Origin: Phoronis australis | Lineage: Eukaryota > Animalia > Phoronida | Length of the DNA stretch: 64,000 bases | NCBI GenBank assembly: GCA_002633005.1 | Contig: NMRA01000022.1 | Span: 1,431,366-1,495,365, forward strand | Reading direction: 5' to 3' | Shown here: in pieces, positions 52,701 to 64,000 of the stretch | How the letters are laid out: each line of letters opens with the position of its first letter | Numbering within the stretch: position 1 is the first letter of the stretch | The notes under the pieces: model-generated | Told to the model about the DNA's origin: nothing | The model's input: the letters and a program-made list of their open reading frames with translations, nothing else | Database searches by the model: none | Program-made: the position numbers and the translations under genes

Positions 52701-54557
52701 ACAACCTTTGTTACTGCTTTCTCTTCCCGCAGCATGTCCACACATCAACATTGTTGCATGTCACAATTTGTACAAGCCAGTGGCCCTGGAGAAATGTGAA
52801 TCGCAGTACCAAGTTAACATAAGAAAATGTGCCAGTGGGTTGTTTGTGTGTGAACAGGAACTAAATCTGACTGCTACACCAGACAGCCTCGTTAGTGAGG
52901 ATGTCATTTTATAGGCAATGAGTCATATGTGGACAATAACGGCTTATTTCTTTTCATGGAAGAAACATGAGGGGCTGAAGCTAAAGAAGACCTAGTAACA
53001 CTCTGGTGTAGTTCAGGGTCAGATTTTGGGCACATAGCAAGTCAAGTTATATGCTGTTGTGTTTACCTTTAATGATCTAATTGTGGATGTTGTTGAGGCT
53101 GAAGGTAAGCTACGTGCCGAAACTGGACCTCTTTACAAGCGCTTCTATAGGTCATTGAAACTAGATGCCGGTGAAATGAAAACGAAAAGCATCTGCTATA
53201 AATGCCTGTCTTTTTTCAATAATAATGGTAAAAACTTTTCAATTTGGTACGCATTATGCAGAAATGACTTTCAGTAACTGCATCGATTGTCTTATTGTCA
53301 GTAAAAAGCCGGTTAATGTTACACTTTGATGATCGAATAAAATTTTCATCAACAGGCAAGTTTGTCACTAATTATTCAAATCACGATACAGCCCCATACA
53401 GTGCAGTTGTGCTTCTTTATAAAGTTGAAGTTATTACCGATTACGCTTGCGAATTTGTCATTTTCCTGTTGACCTATAGAAATGTCCGGCGATCAAAACG
53501 AAGTATTCCCCTTGTTTGCACTTGATTTGTTTGTGTGTAAGTATTTTTAGAGCTTTCTTACGATGGCCTTTGAGTTTTAAGTTTTGAGTTAACGTGTCTA
53601 TAACAAAAGTTCCACATGCAAGCAAAGTATGTTTTCAATCGTAGCTAGCTGGATAATAATCTGCTATATGCACAAGATTCGAGAATAAACAAACTGAACA
53701 ACCACATACATACAAAGGAACAACCTTGTCAAAGTAAAATAATTGTAATTTTCCCAACGCTACAGAGTCCATAATCAGGGATATCAAGGCTTTGTTGTTC
53801 AAATTTTCCTCTGTACACTGTAGGATGTCCTTATGCTTCAACTACTGTAACTCTTCTGAATATCTTCTTGACTTTAGCCCATATTATACCGTTCTACTTG
53901 TTTAGTGATTGGCTAATAAAAACCACATGATCATATCTAGTCATATCATTTGACCCCAGAATCCAAAGTCGTAAACACCATCTGAAAATAGATTTTGACG
54001 TTAAAGTACTTGTCAACAAATTTGACTCCATGACTTAAAAGTACATATGCACAAATTTTGGGCAACATAAAATGTATCTATTCTTACTAATTACTTAATC
54101 AATATTTATTCTGACAGGGTGACTTCTGAATTGAGAGGTTCAATTCTCTCGGGTTATTGCTGAAAGACTGCTTTCCACTTTGTCGAAAGGTAAAATAGAC
54201 AGTAAGGCGGCTGGTTTCAGTCGTTTTCTCTCACCTGTAACAAAATAGTCAGAGAAATATTAGCAAATTATCAAAGAAAACACCACCCAAAACTACTTTT
54301 GTAAGGCAGAACATACTTGACGTTTCATTTTTATGTTTACATGTGGAAACTAATAATCTTTGTACTCAAGCCTTGTTCAAGATCTGAATTAAAATATGTG
54401 AAACAGGCTAAAGTGATTTAAGAATGTCTATTAATCATGACACCTAAGCTGTGTTTCTGGTCTCAACAAACATAATTCATTCTAGGTGTCAATATATATT
54501 CCAATGCAATGTTACCAATTCACTGAATGACTCATTCACGTTGATTCGGTATCTAAT

Positions 54558-55419
54558 CTAATCTAAATTATCTAAGAAAATTGGTGTACTTAAACGTCTA
54601 GGCAAATTTCTTAATGTCAGTACTCTTAAGACCCTTAACCATTCTATTATTCAGCCTCATATTGATTATTGTTTACCGGTTTGGGGGCACACTAGTGACA
54701 CACTTGTCAGCAAAGTGCAAGTAATCCAAAATAGAGCCGCCAGGGCTACCCTGGGTACTAAAATTAGGGACACTAGGGTTGACGACTTGTATTCCAAGCT
54801 GGGATTTATGAAAATAAGACAAAGAAATAAATATCTCTCTGCCTGTTGTATGTACAGATATATCAATGGCTTTGCTCCAGCATATCTCAGCAGTAAATTT
54901 AATAGCAGCCAGGCTGTATATTCTACACGTTCTTCTGTTGCTGGCTATGTTTATTCTAAAAAAAATTAAAACCGAGACTGGCAAGAGATCTTTTATCTAT
55001 GCAGCTGCTACAATATGGAATTCTTTTAGCCCAGAAATTAAACGGTCCAATTCAATTACTACCTTTAAAGTAAATATTAAAAAGTGGCTATAACTTACTT
55101 GACCTTTTATACCCTCCCTGTCTTACTCTTGTCATTTTTTCATTGTCGTAAATATTCTCACTGTCTAGAATCATCTCTTAATTTATTTCATCTGTCTTAG
55201 TTGAATTTTTACCATTATTTGTCATTTAGTTATTGTCCTAATTCTCAACCTGTTTTAATTGTATCTTTGTTACGTATATTTCATTGTTGTTTTATTACTT
55301 CATTGTTTTATACTACTGTTTTTCTTGTTGAGGGCCCTCTTGGAAAGCAGTGCTATCACTGAAGAGGCCACCCTCATTTTAAATATCACAATAATAAATA
55401 AAAATAAATAAAATAAAAA
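54558..55419 (+). mobile_element. 5'-truncated L2/CR1-group LINE 3' end
   Basis: SKKIGVLKRL..PHIDYCLPVWG..QVIQNRAAR..GKRSFIYAAATIWNSF..TFK, then a T-rich 3' UTR, stem-loop gagggccctctt..aagaggccaccctc and an (AATAA)n tail. Possible TSD ATCTAAT. Confidence 0.85.
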
Positions 55420-58200
55420 ATCTAATAGTCCTGGGGATGGGGTCGCTATGAAATAAGGAAACTCGCTCATCTAGAGAATTTTGATTGACAAGGCATGTTT
55501 TTGAAAAGTAACTGTGGTAAAAAGTCATCCTTGACTTCTGAGAGGCTCGTCCCATACACTTGTTATGTTGGGAGCACTCCCACTCCGGACAACATGTGAA
55601 TATGTACACTGTATTGCTAGCCTGCCATCCGTGAACTGGGTGAGTTTATGAAAAGAAACACTTAGTTCCACTGAACATACCCGTTATTCAGAAGGTAACT
55701 GGTGTGGATATCATCACTGAGCTATGCCGATAGAAACTAACTGCTAAAACTTACCAAGAAACGTGATTATGTAATCTCACAATGGAAATGCTGAAGCACA
55801 CACGAGGCGTGAGGCTTCGAAATTCACACACTTTTTGTCACTTGGTTGGCCCATTTGATCGCAATTCTCCACGCCCGTAGTAACCTTAGGTTTTTTGGGA
55901 ATTTGAGACCACCTGTCAAAGATTTGCACTCGGGAAAATAGCAATAATAAGGCTTAGCGCGACGACGTATTTTGACAACACTTCAGTCTTTTACCAGCAG
56001 TTTGCGTGCAGACAGTGACGCATGCGCAATTCAGTCCCAACTAGAACAGCAGCGACACCGCGAGGAGAGTTTGTCGAATGGCCCCATTTCAATAAATTGT
56101 TTCTAGACAGTGATACGCTCATAATTACTCGGCTAAACTTGTTTTCAACAACTGTGAAGTGGGAGCGTAAGATCAAATTTCTGTCACTTTCGTGAAGAAA
56201 AATACCTAGGGCCTCTTTTGTCTTTTTGTCCTTCGGCTAAACTTCAACCTACGGAGCTGTAATCCACAAAAACATGTCTGAAAATTGGTACATGTAGATC
56301 ACTAGAGATCAAGAGACAAAAACCCGTAGCTTGCTCGAATAGACAGAAGACAGGATCAATGGAAAGAAAAAAAAACTTTTGACCATTCGTAATCAGGTTT
56401 CTGACTTTCATCTGGAAAGAAAAAAGCCAACGGTCTCTTCGAAAAACAGGCTCTGGGCGCCAAGTGCCAAGTATTCAACTTCCACTCCATAATACCCGAA
56501 TTGTAGCCAGTTCTCTTATTTCTGTCGCCCTTGCTCAACTAACACATTTTCAACAAAAGTGAAGCGGAATCAATTCCTAATTTGAGCTGACTTGAGTTTT
56601 AAAAGCTTCAAATATTTGACACTATTTTTACGTATCTTGTAGTTAACTGTAACAAAAAGTAAATTATTCAATGTTCGGGGATTTGTTTTACAGGGACATG
56701 GAACTCGAAAGTTCGTCAAAAATATATTTTAAACAATTCCTGAAGAACGCACCATCTCGCAACGTCTAGTACAGAGGAATTTACTTTCCAATGTGAGGAA
56801 ACTTCTAGAAAAAATCACAAATTTCACGATTTTTGGTAAATTCGCTCATGCGCTCACAGTCAGTTGCTTGAAGTCGCTTGAGGTCACACGTTATATTTTC
56901 CATATAAGGGAAATGTGCTACGGCTATGTCTTGCCATTCCAAATAAGGAAACGCGCTTTGCCTTGTGGGGGAAAAGTCGACAAGCAGTTGACAGAGCGAT
57001 TTTTTAATTTGTAACTAAAAATGCTTTGATATCAACAGAAATTAAAAAATCTTCACAAGCAAGCTCTACAAACACTTAGTGAGCAGGTTGAATTCTGTTT
57101 CAGTGGCAGAGAACCACTTCCAATATTGTAATTTAGTCTGTTTATCGCGTTCCAGCCATCTTTAAAATGGAATTATTGTTGAAAATAAGAACGCTGTTTT
57201 TGTGACTATCCTTGTCTATTCGTAATACCAAAGGCAACTTTTATGCTAAATGCGTTAGTTTTTTTGAAGCGACATCAACTAGGTTCCAGATATTGATGGG
57301 ACGTTTTCAGTTCTAAGCATTTCCAATGCTTTTGGCAATTACATGTAAAAGCATCTATTTCTTCTTTAGAGCTTAAGTATCAGTCCACGGATCCACCGAC
57401 CACATTACAGCCAACAAGCGGCAAAGGGGGTCAGCCATTCAGAACCATGTTCAGTCTAATAAATCACATGAGGGATGAGAGAAAGTGGGTGAAGTATGAC
57501 ACCACAGAGTTTGGTGGTTTAGGAGACACAAGGGAAGACTTCTGGGGGGGGAAAAATGAGGTAGCTTCTTGATGTTGAATGTGTCATTTTTGACTACATT
57601 TTCTACTGCAGTTTCTGCTTCACACACAATCTTTTTCTAAAAAATTTTGATATCACATGATCAGTTCATGAGTGATGTAAGCAAAAACGGTATCGACACT
57701 GAAATATCGTTACCATGGTAACACTGGAACTGTTTCCGTGGAGGTACTTTTCATGCTTGTTAAAAACCAGCGAAGCTGCCCCCACGAGAAAACTGAAAAT
57801 TATAACATGGGCATGTAGAAGCCTCCATGCCCTTGAAATTAAAACAAAAAACATAGTCAGCCCTTCAGACAGGATTGCTAATATGTTTATGAATTTCACT
57901 ATTTTCAGATCGTACACATGTCGGGTTGAACCCGTCACTAGTTGTGCGCCGTTTCTACGCATTAAAATGCCGTGTACAACAATTAAAAGAATTGATTTGC
58001 TTAAATGTTTTTAATTAATTATAACTATAATTTGGCAGTAATCTTTCTCGTATACATATTTCACTGAAGACACGAGACCTTAATCTGTTTTAGTAGTTTA
58101 ATTTCAGTTCTTTCCAACTCTCTAAATAGAGATCTTGTCTTTACATCACAACAGTGCAATAAAAATCTAAACGACATCAGTAGGTAACATAATTTAAAAA

Positions 58201-58236
58201 GCGATATTTCGAAACACATATCTCATCTTCAAGCTA
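58201..58236 (-). ncRNA. Minimal hammerhead ribozyme motif in the inverted pLTR (degenerate)
   Basis: Minus strand agc-tTGAAGA-tgagatatgtgtttc-GAAA-TATC-gct; the first core C is mutated. Confidence 0.55.
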
Positions 58237-58499
58237 CTATTTAAAAATAGTTCACAGTGAAACGCACATCAGAAATGACAAATGCAATATAACACGTGAA
58301 GTTGGCATGCGCAACTATGACGATAAAACATATATAAATATAAAAACATTGCTATGCAACATAATCTACAAATCACCTAAATAATACCAGTCCTTCGAGT
58401 TCCAGTTAGCTGCTCGTTCAAACTGGGGTTTTCAAACATTATTAGAAGCAACTCTAATGTTCGTAACCTGTGTACATCATTTTCAATGTATCTAATGAC

Positions 58500-59250
58500 T
58501 TTATCCCATAGGCGTTGAATCTGTCTAGGGAAATACGGCCATGTATTAGTTTTCTGTATTCACCTCCCGCACTACTTCAAGAGCGACCTCTGACATGGAA
58601 AGTTCAAAAGGTAGGTCAATGTCGACTCGACGTTTTCAGCCGGTTCGATCATCAAACTTTCCAAATATAGTTTAAAGTAATACAGTTTCAGAAGTGTAAC
58701 TAACACTCGACATGCAACCAGGCCCTAAACGTAAAATCTGGAACAAAACTGTTAATTATAAGACACTTATACCTCAGTTTTCAGTTGCTGAATACTATGT
58801 CGTCTGCAACTCAGGCGCCGATTCCTAGGAAACTAAAATATCAAATATTGTTGTTTTTTAACTATTTCCATGAGATTTTACAAGTTCACTGCACAGTTGC
58901 CGTTGTTTTTATCTTTGCTACCTCTTTTCAAGAAAAAATCGTTACTTTTAAAAGTGTTTCTTTTACAAGAGAAAACTTGCAACCTAACGCGCAAGTACAT
59001 ACATATAGGATGTGATCCGCCATGTGAACAGTCTGGATGAAGTATTTGAAAAATCTGCCGAAAAAATGTAAGAAACTTAGGGATTCGAAACTCATGGGAT
59101 AAATACAAAACGTATCTCGATTGGCGTAGATGAAGTAATATCCCACTCGACCTTATTCCGCGCATCGACATTGACGTTGGGTCTCGATACGCGGAATAAC
59201 GTGTCTTGAGATATTACTTCATCTACGCCACTCTCGGTACGTTTTGTGTA
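58500..59250 (-). mobile_element. Hairpin-headed non-autonomous element (Crypton-like?), copy Y, in the GIY-YIG region of the inverted arm
   Basis: Homologous to 60845-61568 in reverse. The empty site gacaataca|gtcattag is visible at ~62041-62058. Confidence 0.75.
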
Positions 59251-60844
59251 TGTATTGTCAACAATCTCTTGACGAGTTATCTTGCGACTGTGAACGTTTT
59301 GAAAATGGTCTTTTATGGAGCCGTTTTGTAAAAGCATTGAAAGTCGTCGTGACAAGGAACGCACTGCGTGCCCAATGTAATTTTGTTTCTGATGAGGACG
59401 AAAACATTCGACCGCAGGACAAGTTAACTCATAAACAACATTACATCTAGCAACAATGCGGACCTTCTCACGACTAATATTGTTTCTCATCACTAAATTA
59501 GAGGTCTTCACATTCTTGTAATAAATAATTACATCTACCTTGTCATTAGGACTAACAACTTTTACATTATTATATATTATGTTCTTTAGGACTTGTTCAT
59601 CTTGTACATAACTTTTGGAAATACAGTTTTTGTAGAACAGTTTCTTAACATTACCAGTAAATGTTTATACATGATAATGTATAACGACATTGTAAAGTTG
59701 GAAAAGGATGTATTTGTTCAAATAAATCCTGACATCCGTAACCAGCTATTAGCGGAAGATAATAAGTGTCCTAGTAATGTTTGTCAACGCACTCTCGTTT
59801 GAAAGAGAACAAAAGTATTGTAATTCGTCGAGCTGATAATTCCAATCAATGTGTGATTCTGGACAGCATTGATTATTTTGACAAACTTACTCAGTTAACA
59901 AGCGATACCAGTAAGTTTGAGTCTGTTAGTCGTACGCCCATACTTGATTTAAAAAGGGATCTCAACAGTCATATCAAGACGGTGAGTAGAAAAGCAAGTA
60001 AGAATATCTTTAATGAGATCGAAGGTGATTTCTCTGGAGGTTATCTTTATGGTAACCCTAGCACGCATAAAGTTAATAATCCAATGAGACCTGTCATTTC
60101 TCAAGTATTAACACCTTCATACAAAGTGTCTAAATGTATTGATCAGATTATAAAGCCGTATATTCAAAGTCAGTATAGTATCAAGTCACGTGATGACTTA
60201 CTTGAGATTTTGCGTACCATTGTACCTATTACTGGCTGCCAACCAATGTCCCAGTACTTGAAACCATAGATATTATTATTAACAATGTCTATAATCATCC
60301 AAATTTGAAGCCTCCTGAAATTCCTAAGGACATCCTTAAAGAAATGCTATTAACTTGCACTACGAAGGTACCATTTCGACATGTAAATGGTAAATTATTT
60401 TTGCAGAAAAATGGTGTTAGTATGAGTTCCCCATTATGCCCAACGTTCGCTGAATTTTATATGTCAGAATTTGAAAAACGCGTTGAAATTAACATTGATC
60501 ACTTTCCTATATATGTTCGATATGTTGATGATATTTTCGTCTATTGTAATTTTGATGAAAGGGTATCGCTTAAAACTGTGCTTGAGGACCATTCAGTATT
60601 GAAATTCACTCATGAAACATCTGTTAATGATAAGATACCATTTCTAGCTGTACTTATATGTAACTCAGCCATAAGATTCATCACATCAGCTTATCACAAG
60701 CCTACTGACAAAGGTATTTGTCTCCATGCTGATAGTGACTGTCCTGAGCGTTTCAGTCAATCTCTTAAAGAGAGCTCACACTATTTCGTCAGACTTGAAA
60801 CTGTTCATTAGTGAAGTCCAACATGTAAAACAACTTCAAATAAA

Positions 60845-61568
60845 TACACAAAACGTACCGAGAATGGCGTAGATGAAGTAATATCCCACGAGACATTATT
60901 ACGCGTATCGACAGAGACCGAACGACCGAGACCGAAGGTCGAGGTCGATACGCGGAATAATGTTGAGTGGGATATTACTTCATGTACGCCAATCGAGGTA
61001 CGTTTTGTATTTATCCCATACGCTTCGAATTCCTTAGTTTCTTTCATTTTTCCACAGACTTGTTAAATACTTCACTCAGACTGTTCACGTGGCGGATCAG
61101 ATCCTATATGTATGTACATGCGCGTTAGGCTGCAAGTTTTCTCTAGTAAAAGAAACAGTTTTAAATGTGACGATTTATTACTTGAAAAGAGATAACAAAG
61201 ATAAAACAAGGGTAACTTTTCATTGAAATTGTAACATCTCCTGAAAGTATTTGATATTGTAGTTACCGAGGATCGGCACCTGAGTTGCAGACAACAAAAT
61301 ACATAGCAAATGAGAACTGAGACAGAATTGTCATGCAACGTTCCTGTTCCAGATGTTACGATTGAGACCTGTTGAGCATTATTTACACTGCTATAACTGC
61401 ATTATTTTAACCTATTTTCAGAAATTTTGGTGATCGAACCGGCTAACGACGTCGAGTAGACATTGACCTACCTTTTGAACTTTCCATGTCAGTAGTGCGG
61501 GAGATGAATACGGAAAACTTTATAACAAGGCCGTACTTCCCTCTACAGATCAACGCGTATGGGATAAA
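60845..61568 (+). mobile_element. Hairpin-headed non-autonomous element (Crypton-like?), copy X, in the Penelope RT
   Basis: ~165-bp 5' hairpin with a CCGAAGGTCGAGG loop; ends GTATGGGATAAA. Removal restores KQLQINSGYTNSFVDK. Confidence 0.75.
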
Positions 61569-62320
61569 TAGTGGTTACACAAATTCATTTGTGGATAAGC
61601 ATACTAATCGGTTTGTCTCAAAAGTTGAACAACATTATCATGTACAAACGTTTACTGGTAATGTTAAAAGACTGTTTTACAAAACCTGTATGTCCAAAAG
61701 TTATGTACGAGATGAACAAGTCCATAATATATAATAAAGAGTTGTTAGTCCTAATGACAAACTAGATGTAATTATTTATTACAAGAATGTGAAGACCTCG
61801 AATTTAGTGATGAGAAACAATATTAATCGTGAGGAGGTCCGCACTGTTGCTAGATGTAATGTTGTTTATGAGTTTACTTCTCCCGCGGTCGAATGTTTTC
61901 GTCCTCATCAGAAACAAAATTCCATTGGGCACAAAGTGTATTCCTTGTCAGGACGACTTTCAATGCATTTACAAAACGGCTCCATAAAAGACCATTTTCA
62001 AAACATTCACGGTCGCAAGATAACTCGTCAGGAGATTGTTGACAATACAGTCATTAGATACATTGAAACTGATGTACACAGGTTACGAACATTAGGGTTG
62101 CTTCTAATAATGTTTGAAAACCCCAGATTGAACGAGCAGCTACATGTAAGTGGATCTTGAAGGACTCTGACATTATATAGGTGATCTGTAGGTTATGTTG
62201 CACAGAAACGTATGTATATTTATATATGTTTTATCGTCATAGTTGCGCATGCCAACTTCACGTGTTATATTGCATTTGTCATTTCTGATGTGCGTTTCAC
62301 TTTGAACTAGCTGTAAATAG

Positions 62321-62360
62321 TAGCCTGAAGATGAAATATGTGTCTCAAAATATCGCTTTT
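62321..62360 (+). ncRNA. Minimal hammerhead ribozyme motif in the 3' pLTR (degenerate)
   Basis: agc-CTGAAGA-tgaaatatgtgtctc-aAAA-TATC-gct; the G of GAAA is mutated here but intact in the other arm. Confidence 0.55.
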
Positions 62361-64000
62361 AAAATTATGTTACCTACTGATGTCGTTTGGATTTTTATTG
62401 CACTATTGTGATGTAAAGACAAGATCTCTATTTTGAGAGTTGGAAAGAACTGAAATTAAACTAGTAAAAACAGATCAAAGTCGTGTCTTCAATGAAATTA
62501 ATTATAAGGATACAACCAGTTCCCATTAAAATATGAAAGCATACTGGATTTGTTCATCCAACTCATTGAATACCAAACTCAAGCATACAATATGCGTTAG
62601 TTGAATGATGGCTGATCTGAAGTGCAGGTTTGCGAATTTATCTATTTATCTGGCATTGTCATTCGCATCAAATATGGTATTTTTGCAAATTGCCGAGTGA
62701 AACGACTCTGAAAACTCTTGGGAAATGCACAAAAAATATAGCGAGACATTTGAGATCCTTAAGAATGAGGGGACGTGAAGGAGGTGGAACGTGTCCTGCT
62801 GAGAAGTAGTTTGTTTGCCTTGGAGGCAGGTGTGCAGCAGGAGCTAGATTATCTACCGTAGTTGATTCACTTTCCCGAATCATCGTTACAACCCTCGCCA
62901 TATATTGGCGTCGCTAAAGACACTGAGTACATCCGCTGCACACAAGAGGGGAAATCCGACAGAAGTCTGAAAATGACCAAAGACGTTGCAAAGTCAAGGA
63001 CAAGGTTCAACGTCCTGCTTCATGCGAGCTCGGGTAGGAATCACCAAACTGCAGGGTCACACCCTGAGGAATATTTTTAGGAGCACGTCATTCATGCAAA
63101 AATATTTTTATTGACGCACCGTGATTGCTTATAACTTGGATCTTATTGCTTAATCATATCTTATTTCAAATGTCTTGAAGTATAGGGAGTGTATGTATAC
63201 ACTGACATAGAAAATAGGAAATTATCATAACTTTTCATGATAGCCACCAAATGTGTTTAAACATTTTACGTGACTTCTGCACATGACCTGCTTTTAGAGA
63301 CTAGAGAGTATGTTATGTCCGCTATTGAATTTCTGTGATTGCATATGAAGTTAATTAAACATGCCAAATCTGTCAAAAATATTGTGCATTTCTCAAAAAT
63401 TACAGATATTAAGTTGTGATTTTGCAACTAGTGAAGCTTACAAAGATGGATAGGCTAAAAATGAAACGGAACTCAAAAAAGTGGAACTGATTATATGCCT
63501 AATGTGCAGTTCACAGTTTTGCTCAATAATTCATCGCTGAAGGAGATGGCAAGTCGCACATCAAAATGCACCCTCCCAAAATTGGAATAAAAAAGACAGC
63601 AATTTTAACATGGCCTCTACGTCCCCCAAATTATCCCGTTGACTTGAGACCCTGAAGGGACAATTGATCTGATAACCACGTAAAGGATTCGGGTGTTGTT
63701 TCATTCATGCTGAATTTGCAGTAGAGTTCAAAATTCCTGTTTACCTCATATGATTTCCAAATAGCGATGTCTTTCTGAACTTTAGAGTAAAGTAACAACA
63801 ATAATCAATAACTGTTGTGAGGTTTCCACAATATTTATCGACGATCTTGAACCTATGGTTTCCATATCGTACTTGTGCATGAAATATAGTGTATGCTATG
63901 TATGCAGTACATTACAAAAACACAATTACACAAGTCAGACGTTTGTTTGGAAATCTGTTGTGTTGAAACGGTAAACTTTTTGTGCTCATCGTGAAGGTGG

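Larger units (their letters stand above)
58057..62497 (+). mobile_element. Penelope-like element: 5'-truncated body (59681-62497, +) preceded by an inverted copy of its 3' part (58057-59680, -)
   Basis: RT motifs IRRADNSN, YLYGNPSTHK..PMRPVIS, GVSMSSPL, YVRYVDDIF. GIY-YIG NVVYE..C....YIGH..LSRRL occurs in both arms. The arms switch at 59680/59681. The ORF is frameshifted. Confidence 0.9.

Noticed and set aside
55950-56080. CpG-rich patch with GCATGCGCA (NRF1-like) as a promoter
   Set aside because: No associated gene was identified, and a single short motif is not enough.
59092-59511. 139-aa GIY-YIG ORF with a novel C-terminus
   Set aside because: A Penelope endonuclease fragment reading into the inserted hairpin element at 59250.

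Overview
AT-rich, repeat-dense eukaryotic genomic DNA, most likely a marine invertebrate (inferred from the repeat families and gene type; no prokaryotic features). The only intact host genes found are a tandem family of three same-strand paralogs encoding secreted proteins with signal peptide + PAN/Apple-like domain + fibrinogen-related domain (FReD). Two copies are complete three-exon genes (11355-15595 and 40806-49213), each with a conserved 25-nt microexon. A third copy shows only its FReD exon (1683-2290). The rest is a nested transposon patchwork: a degenerate Gypsy LTR retroelement carrying a TIR element and a tRNA-SINE; Helentron-like HINE arrays; an RNase H-containing LINE with an 11-bp TSD and a nested Harbinger-type MITE; three Kolobok-type insertions (THAP and KolX/P2X7-like remnants) in intron 2; an L2/CR1 tail; and an inverted Penelope-like element with hammerhead motifs, hit twice by a hairpin-headed element that carries an internal inverted copy of its own joined ends. 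A 1.26-kb duplication around a single N at 7789 is probably an assembly artefact. All calls come from manual reading; repeat boundaries without a TSD are approximate.
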